This document shows positions 41,276 through 51,830 of a DNA stretch of 64,000 nt, in pieces. A program made the position numbers and the translations under genes. Source of the stretch: an uncultured Clostridia bacterium (GTDB lineage: Bacteria; Bacillota; Clostridia; TANB77; CAG-508); assembly GCA_947625295.1 (NCBI GenBank), contig CANQNU010000002.1, positions 4,057 through 68,056 on the forward strand. The letters are read 5' to 3'. The number at the start of each line of letters is the position of its first letter. Within the stretch, counting starts at the first letter, position 1. The notes beneath the pieces are model-generated. The model saw nothing but the letters and a program-made list of their open reading frames with translations. It was not told where the DNA came from and ran no database searches.

Positions 41276-41494
41276 AACTTTATCTTTACAGTAATTTTAT
41301 AACTGACTTTTTATTGTAAAAAATTTAATCTAACAAATTGTAATAACAATTAAAAATAAAAATATTTTTTCAAAAATAAATTATTTTTTGTTTAAAAATT
41401 ATAAAAAAGTCAAAAGTAGATATTACAATAATTAGTAAAATCCGACCTTTGACCTCTGATTTTATTTTATATTTTATTTTTTTATTTTATTATT

Positions 41495-42187
41495 TTATTT
41501 TTTTAAGGAAATTACAATTCTTCTATATGGTTCTTCTCCAATACTATTTGTTTCAACTTTATCATTTTCTTGAAGTTTACTATGAATAATTTTTCTTTCA
41601 TAAGCTCTCATTGGTTCTAATTTAATAGATTTTCCTGTTCTAATAACTGTTTTTGCAACTTTCATTGCTAATTCTTCAAGCGCTTTTTCTCTTTTAGTTT
41701 TATATTCTCCTATATCAAGTATTACTCTAACTCTATTGTCAATGCCTTTACCTGCTATCGTTGACAATATATTTTGCATCGCATATAGTGTTTCTCCTCT
41801 ATACCCTATTAAGTATCCTATATTATCACTATTTAAATTAACTTTTAATCCTTCTTTTTCTTTTTCAATTGTATACTCGATATTATCTGATGTTTTTTTA
41901 ATAAATTCTTTTATAAATTTTTCTACATTTTCAAAAGCTTTTTCTTGCTCTTCTGCAGTTAATTCTATTTCTTTTCTAACTCTTATTTCTTTTTCTTGAT
42001 CTTTTGGCTCTTTTAAAGTTAATTCAACTTTTACTACTCTTGGTGTTAAAATACTAAAAAAACTTCTTTTATCTTCATTTTCTAAAACTTTAATATTTAC
42101 TTTATTTTTTGAAACTTTCAAAATTTTTAGTCCATTTTCTATTGCTTCATTTGTTGTTTTGCCTTCAGCAATAATTTTATTTTCCAT
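41495..42187 (-). CDS. jag: Jag/KhpB RNA-binding protein (Jag_N, KH, R3H)
   Basis: 230 aa. KH-like IGYLIGYRGETLYAMQ and R3H-like EPMRAYERKIIH. Downstream of yidC. Confidence 0.85.
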   Translation of the reverse strand: MENKIIAEGKTTNEAIENGLKILKVSKNKVNIKVLENEDKRSFFSILTPRVVKVELTLKEPKDQEKEIRVRKEIELTAEEQEKAFENVEKFIKEFIKKTSDNIEYTIEKEKEGLKVNLNSDNIGYLIGYRGETLYAMQNILSTIAGKGIDNRVRVILDIGEYKTKREKALEELAMKVAKTVIRTGKSIKLEPMRAYERKIIHSKLQENDKVETNSIGEEPYRRIVISLKK

Positions 42188-42200
42188 TAAATATCCTCCT

Positions 42201-43082
42201 TTAGTCTTTAATTACCTTATCCATTATTAATCTTTCAATTATCATTAGTATATTATTTATTAACCAATATAAAGCTAATCCTAAAGGTGCTACAAAAGCA
42301 ATTGATATAGACATAATTGGCATCATCCAAGACATCATTTTATTTGTTTGCATTATTGTATCTAATTCATCTTTTTCTTCTTCAATTTCTTTTCCTGTTG
42401 CTTCATCAATTACTGTTTTTTGGTTTTCTTGATTCATTTTTTGTTGATTTAATGTTGTAATTTTTATAGATATAAATGAAGATATAATATATAAAATTGG
42501 TATAACATAAACTGTATAATCTGTTATATTTTGTTGTGGAATTTTACTTAAATCCAAACCAAAAAAATTCATTTTTAAATTTAATTTATCAACATTAGAA
42601 TCTTCTGGATTTTTTTCTTTTAATAAGTTATATTCTCTAATTAAATCTATTTCTGGATATACGTTACTAATTACTTTTCCTTCTTCTTTTAATTGTGTAA
42701 CATAATTATTAATACTATCTGTTGGTACTTTTTCCATAAATGTCAATGGACATCTTACTAGATAAAATATTGATAATAATAATAACATTTGTATAATGGC
42801 TGTTAAACAACCACTAAATGGACTCATATTTTCTGTTTTATATAAACTCATTATCTCTTGATTCATTTTTTCTGGATCATTTTTATATTTAAATTGTATT
42901 GTTTTCATTTTTTCTTGAATCTTTGAACTTTTCTTCATTGTTCTTTGTTGTTTAATTGATAATGGTAATAATATTAATTTTATAATTACTGTAAATAGAA
43001 TAATTGCAAGACCATAATTATTTACTAAATTATATAATAATAATAGTAAATATCCAAAAAGATTTGCAAAAAATTGAAACAT
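42201..43082 (-). CDS. yidC: Membrane protein insertase YidC/SpoIIIJ
   Basis: 293 aa. Family pattern PLSIKQQRTMKK..MSPFSGCL..IQMLLL. Confidence 0.85.
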   Translation of the reverse strand: MFQFFANLFGYLLLLLYNLVNNYGLAIILFTVIIKLILLPLSIKQQRTMKKSSKIQEKMKTIQFKYKNDPEKMNQEIMSLYKTENMSPFSGCLTAIIQMLLLLSIFYLVRCPLTFMEKVPTDSINNYVTQLKEEGKVISNVYPEIDLIREYNLLKEKNPEDSNVDKLNLKMNFFGLDLSKIPQQNITDYTVYVIPILYIISSFISIKITTLNQQKMNQENQKTVIDEATGKEIEEEKDELDTIMQTNKMMSWMMPIMSISIAFVAPLGLALYWLINNILMIIERLIMDKVIKD

Positions 43083-43100
43083 TTATTCATTCCTCCGAGT

Positions 43101-43319
43101 TTATTTTAGAGGATCATATCCTCCTTTTGAAAAAGGATTACATTTTAATATTCTTATAATTCCCTTCTTTGTACCTTTTATTGCTCCATATTTTTGAATT
43201 GCTTGTTTTGTATATTCAGAACAAGTGGGATAATATTTGCAATGTATATTTTTGTTTTCAAGCCATGATGAAATATATTTTTGATACAAATTTATTAATA
43301 ATATTAAAAATGATTTCAT
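43101..43319 (-). CDS. yidD: Membrane protein insertion efficiency factor YidD
   Basis: YQKYIS...[31 protein letters not shown]. Confidence 0.9.
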   Translation of the reverse strand: MKSFLILLINLYQKYISSWLENKNIHCKYYPTCSEYTKQAIQKYGAIKGTKKGIIRILKCNPFSKGGYDPLK

Positions 43320-43669
43320 TTATTATCCTCTATTAGAATATTTGCTTTATCAAAAATTTTTATCATATCTTTTTTTATCTTTTTAAAATCAGCTTCTTTT
43401 ATATCTACTTTCTTTTTCCATAAAAAAACTATGCTGTAACCTATTTTTATATAATCTTCTATATTACGGTAAGATTCTCTTATTAGTCTTTTTAACATGT
43501 TCCTTTTTACGGCTTTTGCTATTTTTACTCCTATCGCAATTCCTAAAAAATTATAATGTTTATTATTTTTTTTTATATAAGCTTCTATATGTTCTCCTGA
43601 ATAATATTTTCCTTTTGATAAAACATTTTTATATTCATAATTTTTTTTTAACATCATTGTTTTTTTCAT
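43316..43669 (-). CDS. rnpA: Ribonuclease P protein component
   Basis: 117-aa basic protein with the RNR-like motif [14 protein letters not shown], between rpmH and yidD. Confidence 0.85.
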   Translation of the reverse strand: MKKTMMLKKNYEYKNVLSKGKYYSGEHIEAYIKKNNKHYNFLGIAIGVKIAKAVKRNMLKRLIRESYRNIEDYIKIGYSIVFLWKKKVDIKEADFKKIKKDMIKIFDKANILIEDNK

Positions 43670-43797
43670 TATTTTGTTCTCCCTTAAAGATAGCTTGACT
43701 TTAATGAAAAATCTTGTGTTTTAATTATGTATAAAAGGCTCGCTTTTTGCGGCCTTTATCTTTTTTGTTTGATACATACACAATTTAATATTAAAAC

Positions 43798-43932
43798 TTA
43801 AGCAGTTAATTTGTTTCTACCTTTTGCTCTTCTTGCTTTTAATATATTTCTTCCTGCTCTAGTTTTCATTCTTTTCATAAAACCATGTTCTCTTTTTTCT
43901 TGTCTGTTTTTTGGTTGAAATGTTCTTTTCAT
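43798..43932 (-). CDS. rpmH: 50S ribosomal protein L34
   Basis: Not in the ORF track (44 aa). Hand translation: [55 protein letters not shown]. Confidence 0.9.
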   Translation of the reverse strand: MKRTFQPKNRQEKREHGFMKRMKTRAGRNILKARRAKGRNKLTA

Positions 43933-44174
43933 TATTTTAGCACCTCCTAATATTGTTTTTTATTTATAAAATTTACTATCATAAATAACAAGTATATCGA
44001 TTATATCTTAAAAACTTATAAATTGTCAAGTAATTTTTTCATTTTTTTTCAAAAAAAACTTGAGGGTTTAAGGTTTTTGAAGCAATTCTATAAAAGTTAT
44101 TTCATTTCTAAAATTATATTTTATGTAATCTATTTTATTTTCTTTTGTGTAATTTTTTTGTAATGTTTTGTTGT

Positions 44175-44384
44175 TTTTCCACAATTTTTTATTTAATATT
44201 CCACATTTTTAAAATTTTTTCCACTATTTTGTTGACTTATCTTATAAAAATCTGTTATTATATGAAAAGTATAAAATATATAAGATTTTTTATATAAAAA
44301 TATGAATTTATGTTCGTTTTAATCTTTGATATTTTACAATTATATTACAAAGTTATTAACAGTTGTGGATAATTTTGTGGATAA
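44175..44384. promoter_or_regulatory. oriC part 1: DnaA-box cluster upstream of dnaA
   Basis: Two perfect TGTGGATAA boxes (44364-44372, 44376-44384). Imperfect TT(T/A)TTCCACA boxes at 44175-44183 and 44197-44205, and another near 44215-44225. Confidence 0.8.
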
Positions 44385-44401
44385 TTTTTAAAGAAAGGAA
44401 A

Positions 44402-45754
44402 ATGTTCATGGCCTTGGAAAAAGAAGAATTAATAAAAAAAATTAAAGAACTATTAAAACCTGAAGTAACTCCAATATCTTATGATACATGGATTGTTCCA
44501 TTAGATATTAGAAGTATAGAAGGAAATAATATTGTTTTTACAACAAATTCTGAATTTCAAAAAGATTTTATTGAAAATAAATATAAAAGTCTAATTTTTA
44601 ACACTTTAAGATACATAACAAATAAAGATTGGACTTTTTCTGTAATAGATTTATCAACTGAAGATACTACAAAAGATATAATAACAGATGAAAAATCAAA
44701 TGTATCTTCTACAGAAGTAGAATCAAATAAATCAACTTTAAATAATAAATATACTTTTGAAACATTTGTAGTTGGTAACAATAATAGATTTGCTTATGCA
44801 GCAGCTTTAGCAGTAGGTAATGAACCTTCAAAATCATATAATCCTTTATTTTTATATGGGGGAGTAGGATTAGGAAAAACTCATTTAATGAATGCTATTG
44901 GAAATAGGATACTTGAAAATAACTCAAAAGTAAATGTTTTATATGTTACATCTGAAAAATTTACAAACCAATTAATAAATGCTATTAAAGATAACAAAAA
45001 TGAAGTCTTTAGAAATAAATATAGAAATATAGATGTTTTATTGATTGATGATATTCAATTTATTGCTGGAAAAGAAAGAATACAAGAAGAATTTTTTCAT
45101 ACTTTTAATACATTATACGAAAATGGAAAACAAATTATAATTTCTAGTGATAAACCTCCTAGAGATATTCCATTTTTGGAAGATAGACTAAAATCAAGAT
45201 TCGAATGGGGCTTACTTGCAGATATTTCTTGTCCTGATTATGAAACTAGATTAGCTATATTAAGAAAAAAAGCACAAGAAGAAAATTTAATTATTGAAGA
45301 TTTTATACTTTCTAATATTGCTAATAAGATTGATTCTAATATTAGAGAACTTGAAGGCGTATTTAATAAAGTTGTTGCAATAGCTTCTCTTACACATAGT
45401 CCTATTACAATAGAATTAGCAGAAAAAACTATTAATGAATTTAAATATGAAAGTGAAAAAGTAATATCTTCTGATTTTATAAAAGAAACTGTTGCAAAAT
45501 ATTTTAACATAGACAAAGAAGATTTATCAGGAAATAAAAGATCAAATGATATTGCTTTTCCAAGACAAATAGCTATGTACTTATGCAGATCAATTGCTAA
45601 TATGTCTTATCCTCAAATAGGAATTGACTTTGGTGGTAGAGATCATTCAACTGTTATGCATGCTTGTAGAAAAATTGAAAAGGAAACAAAAGAAAAAAAC
45701 AACACTAAGTTAATTGTGGATAGTGTGAAAAACATAATCATAGATGGAAAATAA
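44402..45754 (+). CDS. dnaA: Chromosomal replication initiator DnaA
   Basis: Start at the ATG 44402 behind AAGGAAA. Walker A GGVGLGKTHL, LLIDDIQF, and C-terminal DNA-binding region DHSTVMHA. Confidence 0.95.
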   Translation: MFMALEKEELIKKIKELLKPEVTPISYDTWIVPLDIRSIEGNNIVFTTNSEFQKDFIENKYKSLIFNTLRYITNKDWTFSVIDLSTEDTTKDIITDEKSNVSSTEVESNKSTLNNKYTFETFVVGNNNRFAYAAALAVGNEPSKSYNPLFLYGGVGLGKTHLMNAIGNRILENNSKVNVLYVTSEKFTNQLINAIKDNKNEVFRNKYRNIDVLLIDDIQFIAGKERIQEEFFHTFNTLYENGKQIIISSDKPPRDIPFLEDRLKSRFEWGLLADISCPDYETRLAILRKKAQEENLIIEDFILSNIANKIDSNIRELEGVFNKVVAIASLTHSPITIELAEKTINEFKYESEKVISSDFIKETVAKYFNIDKEDLSGNKRSNDIAFPRQIAMYLCRSIANMSYPQIGIDFGGRDHSTVMHACRKIEKETKEKNNTKLIVDSVKNIIIDGK

Positions 45755-45856
45755 TGAGAATAAAAATAAATTTTGAACATTTTTAAAATTTGTGTTTGGA
45801 AAAATAATTGTTTGCAAAATAATTTTAATTCTCTTCTTACGGAATAAACACATTTA

Positions 45857-46022
45857 ATATCCACACCATCATGTTAATAAGCTGTTAAAAAACTGTGAAC
45901 ATATAAAAATATAAACAATAAAAAAATTACTTGTGGATTAATCAATTAGTTTTCCACTAACTTATAAACAATAATTTTTTTAGGGATTCTAACTATAAAC
46001 ATACTTTTCCACATTTTCCACA
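45857..46022. promoter_or_regulatory. oriC part 2: DnaA boxes between dnaA and dnaN
   Basis: ATATCCACA (45857-45865), TGTGGATTA (45932-45940), tandem TTTTCCACA x2 (46005-46022). A further perfect TTATCCACA lies at 47241-47249 after dnaN. Confidence 0.7.
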
Positions 46023-46077
46023 GGCCCTAATACTATTACTACTAAAAATATTATTTATTATATAAGGAGGAACGATA

Positions 46078-47196
46078 ATGAAAATTATTTGTTACAAAGA
46101 CAAAATATTAAAAGCAATTAATTCCGTAGTAAAAGGTGTTGCATCAAAAACAACAATGCCTATATTAGAAGGAATATTAATTCAAACAAATGATAATGAA
46201 GTTAAATTAACTACATATGATTTAGAAATTGGAATCGAATATGTAATGGAATGTGATGTAAAAGAACAAGGAAATACAGTAGTAAATGCTATTATGTTTA
46301 GTGAAATAATTAGAAAATTACCAGATACAGAAATAAGTATTACATTAAATGATAAAAACTTATTAGAAATAGAATGTGAAGGCTCATTATATAAATTAGC
46401 AACAATGAATCCAGAAGAATTTCCAGAATTACCAAAAATAGAAATAGAAAAATCAATAGAAATAGATCAAAATCTTCTAAAAAATATGATAAGAAAAACA
46501 ATATTTGCTGTAAGTACAGAAGAAAGTAGACCAATATTCACAGGTTGTTTATTCGAAGTGGAAAATAATAAATTAAATTTAGTAGCAGTGGATGGATTTA
46601 GATTAGCTTTAAGAAGTGTTTATTTAAATAAACAAGCAAGTGATTTTAGTGCAGTTATTCCAGGAAAGACATTAAATGAAGTAAATAAAATAATATTAGA
46701 TAGCTTTGAACCAGTAAAAATAGGAATTTCAAAAAATCAAGCTTTATTTGAAATGGATAATTGTAAAATTGTTACTAGAATATTAGATGGAGAATTTTTA
46801 AATTATAAAAATGTAATACCAAATAATTGGGAAACAAGAATAAAAGTAGATAAAAACAGTATACAGGACAGTTTTGAAAGAATTAGTTTAATTTCTTCTT
46901 CTTCAATAGAAAAAGAAAAAAAATATCCTGTAAAAGTAAAAGTAGACATAGGAAAAGTAACAATATCTTGTACAAATCAAACTGGAGATGCAAAAGAAGA
47001 ATTGTATGTAGCAACTGAAGGTAAAAATTTAGAAGCAGGATTTAATCCAAAATATTTCTTAGATAGTTTGAAAGCGATAGAAGATGATGAAGTTTATATT
47101 GAATTTGGTTCAAGTATTTCACCATGTTTAGTTAAGTCAATAGAGAATAATGATTATACATATATGATTTTACCAATTAGATTAAAAGAAGAATAA
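46078..47196 (+). CDS. dnaN: DNA polymerase III beta sliding clamp
   Basis: 372 aa. Three-domain clamp pattern, position after dnaA. AAGGAGG RBS. Confidence 0.9.
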   Translation: MKIICYKDKILKAINSVVKGVASKTTMPILEGILIQTNDNEVKLTTYDLEIGIEYVMECDVKEQGNTVVNAIMFSEIIRKLPDTEISITLNDKNLLEIECEGSLYKLATMNPEEFPELPKIEIEKSIEIDQNLLKNMIRKTIFAVSTEESRPIFTGCLFEVENNKLNLVAVDGFRLALRSVYLNKQASDFSAVIPGKTLNEVNKIILDSFEPVKIGISKNQALFEMDNCKIVTRILDGEFLNYKNVIPNNWETRIKVDKNSIQDSFERISLISSSSIEKEKKYPVKVKVDIGKVTISCTNQTGDAKEELYVATEGKNLEAGFNPKYFLDSLKAIEDDEVYIEFGSSISPCLVKSIENNDYTYMILPIRLKEE

Positions 47197-47352
47197 AAAA
47201 AGGTAGAAGAAATTCTGCCTTTATCATTTTTTTATTAATATTATCCACAATTATTTAATTATATGGGGATAATATTAATAAAAATATTCATATATAAAAT
47301 ATTAAAATAAAAAAATATAATAAATTAGTAATAAAAAAATTTTATACACAAA

Positions 47353-48438
47353 ATGGAGAAAAATATGTGGATAAATAAAATAAAAATAAATAATTTTAGA
47401 AATTATAAAAATGAAGAAATAAATTTAACTAAAAATATTAATATTTTTTATGGTGAAAATGCTCAAGGAAAAACTAATATAATAGAGTCTATTTTTTTAA
47501 GTAGTATGGGAAAATCTTTTAGAGCAAAAAAAGATAAAGAAATGATTAAATTAGACGAAGAAAGAGCAAGTGTAGAAATTTTTTTTAGTAAGGCTGATAG
47601 AGAAGGAAAAGTAAAAGTAGATTTAGAAAATAAAAAAAATGTATATTTAAATGGAATAAAATTAAAAAAATTAAGTGAATTATTAGGAAATATTAATATT
47701 GTAATTTTTACTCCAGATGATATTAATATTTTAAAAGGTGGCCCTCAAAATAGGAGAAAATTTTTAGACATTATGATTAGTCAATTAAGACCAAATTATA
47801 TGTATAATTTAAATTTATATTTAAAAACATTAGAACAAAGAAATAATTATTTAAGACAAATAAGAGAAGAAAATAAAAGTGAAAATTTATTAGAAATATG
47901 GGATGAAAAATTAGCAGAATATGCAAATAATATTTATAAATATAGAAATGAATTTATTAATAAAATAAAAAATAAAATAAAAATAATTCATGAAGAAATT
48001 ACAGATAAAAAAGAAAATATAGAAATAGAATATATAACAGAATGTGATAATAAAGAAAAATATTTGGAATTATTGAAAAAAAGAAGAAAGTTAGATATTA
48101 TAAAAGGATTTACAACTAAGGGAATTCATAGAGATGATTTTATGATATATATTAATGATAAAGAATTAAGTATATATGGTTCTCAAGGACAACATAGAAC
48201 AACAATACTTTCATTAAAATTGTCAGAATTAAAGATTATATTAGAAGAAACTGGAGAAAATCCAATATTATTATTAGATGATTTTATGTCAGAATTAGAT
48301 GAAAAGAGAAAAAAACATTTTTTAGAAAATATAAAAGATACACAAGTAATTATAACATGCACAGAAAAATTTGATATTGAAAATAAAAATATTTTAATAT
48401 ATAATGTAAAAGACGGAAAAGTTTTTAAAGAAAATTAA
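47353..48438 (+). CDS. recF: DNA replication/repair protein RecF
   Basis: Walker A GENAQGKTN, signature GSQGQHRT, Walker B LLLDDFMSELD. Start may be the ATG at 47365. Confidence 0.9.
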   Translation: MEKNMWINKIKINNFRNYKNEEINLTKNINIFYGENAQGKTNIIESIFLSSMGKSFRAKKDKEMIKLDEERASVEIFFSKADREGKVKVDLENKKNVYLNGIKLKKLSELLGNINIVIFTPDDINILKGGPQNRRKFLDIMISQLRPNYMYNLNLYLKTLEQRNNYLRQIREENKSENLLEIWDEKLAEYANNIYKYRNEFINKIKNKIKIIHEEITDKKENIEIEYITECDNKEKYLELLKKRRKLDIIKGFTTKGIHRDDFMIYINDKELSIYGSQGQHRTTILSLKLSELKIILEETGENPILLLDDFMSELDEKRKKHFLENIKDTQVIITCTEKFDIENKNILIYNVKDGKVFKEN

Positions 48439-48484
48439 AATAGGAGAAGGCATTAACCTAAATCTCTGAAGGAGGAAGTTATAA

Positions 48485-50413
<1,929 letters not shown>

Positions 50414-50440
50414 ATTATTTATAAATAAAATTAAAAATTT

Positions 50441-50473
50441 AATGGCAGATAAAATTAATTTTTATCTGCCATT
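50441..50473 (+). terminator. gyrB terminator hairpin
   Basis: 13-bp stem AATGGCAGATAAA / TTTATCTGCCATT with a 7-nt loop. Confidence 0.7.
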
Positions 50474-50947
50474 AATCTATAAAGCTAATAATAATCTTAG
50501 CTAAAACTAATATACCAAGAAGTCAAACCTAATATATATTGCTATATAAATAAGCCCTCAACCTAATATATTAATCAGTTGCTCGACTATTAGTACACTC
50601 AAAATAACTGTATTCATCCTAAAAGGACTATTAACAACCACTTAAAAAATATAAGAATAATCTTAGCTCGAATATATTACCTATCATTTGACCATATATA
50701 AGAAACGAATAAAAAATATAGCCTACAAACAAATAATATATTCTTCTCGCCGACATATTATAATATATGAAAATACACTATAATATATCTTTGTCCGAAT
50801 ATAAATAAACAAATAAATATCTATTTATACTCTTGGCTCAACTATTATTAACCTTATAATTATATTATGTATAAAAATAAAAAAAATATACAAAATAAAA
50901 AAATTTCCACTTGACATATTCTGTCGAAAAAAGAAAATGAAAAATAG

Positions 50948-50976
50948 TTGACAACAAATGGAAAATATTGTAAAAT
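50948..50976 (+). promoter_or_regulatory. Sigma-A-type promoter for locus B
   Basis: TTGACA (50948-50953), a 17-nt spacer, TAAAAT (50971-50976), about 30 nt upstream of GGAGGTG. Confidence 0.6.
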
Positions 50977-51008
50977 GTTGATATAAAATTTTATTGGAGG
51001 TGAATTAA

Positions 51009-51584
51009 ATAAAAAATAAAACAGTACAAGAATGGCTGAAAGTAGATAAAATTTTTGATAATGGAATTATAAAATTAAAAAATAATAGATACATAAAAAT
51101 ATTAAAAATAATTCCGATTAATTATAATTTAAAATCAGATTTAGAAAAAGAAGCTATTTTAAATTCATATAAAATATTTTTAAAAACTTGTAATTTTGAT
51201 ATCCAAATTTTAATTCAAAGTAATAGAGTAGATTTAAATCCTCACATTTCTCAAATTGAAAAAAATATAAATAAAAAACAAAATAAATATTTAGAAGAAA
51301 TTTCAAAAAATTATATTGAATATATTAACCAAATAAATTTTTCAAAAAAAGCATCATCAAAAAATTTTTATATTATTTTATCAAATAAACCAAATAAAAA
51401 AAATAAATTTTATAATTTAGAAGAAATTATAAAAAATGATTTAAAAGAAAAATATTTTAAAGTCAAAGAATGTTTATCTCGTTGTGAAAATTTTGTCATA
51501 GAAATATCAAATAGGAAAGAAGTAGAAAATTTATTTTACTCATTTTTAAACACAAGAAGAAGTTTAAATGAAAAAAATCTTTAA
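51009..51584 (+). CDS. T4SS-associated protein (paralog of 28947..30086), apparent ATA start
   Basis: Absent from the ORF track because there is no ATG/GTG/TTG. 191 stop-free codons begin at ATA 51009, immediately after an in-frame TAA and 6 nt after GGAGGTG. Clear similarity to the locus A protein. Confidence 0.55.
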   Translation: MKNKTVQEWLKVDKIFDNGIIKLKNNRYIKILKIIPINYNLKSDLEKEAILNSYKIFLKTCNFDIQILIQSNRVDLNPHISQIEKNINKKQNKYLEEISKNYIEYINQINFSKKASSKNFYIILSNKPNKKNKFYNLEEIIKNDLKEKYFKVKECLSRCENFVIEISNRKEVENLFYSFLNTRRSLNEKNL

Positions 51585-51830
51585 ATTAACAAAGAGAAAA
51601 TGCTAGGCATATACATGATTGTACAAATTCTTAAAAAAGAAAAAAAGTGCAAAAAGAAGTTTAAATAATATTTACATAATATAGAATTTTAAGATAGAGT
51701 TTAGCAAATATAAACTGTTATAGAAAGTTTATATTTAAAAAACTTAAGATTTAAAATAAGAGTTGATAAAAAGTTATTATAAAAATTTAAAATGATAATA
51801 TAAAAAATAATATAAAAAGGAGGAAGAATA

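Noticed and set aside
44363-44401. TTG start at 44363 for dnaA (track ORF MWIILWIIFKERKMF...)
   Set aside because: The extension is the translation of the two DnaA boxes. The ATG at 44402 has an RBS-like AAGGAAA and gives the normal DnaA N-terminus.
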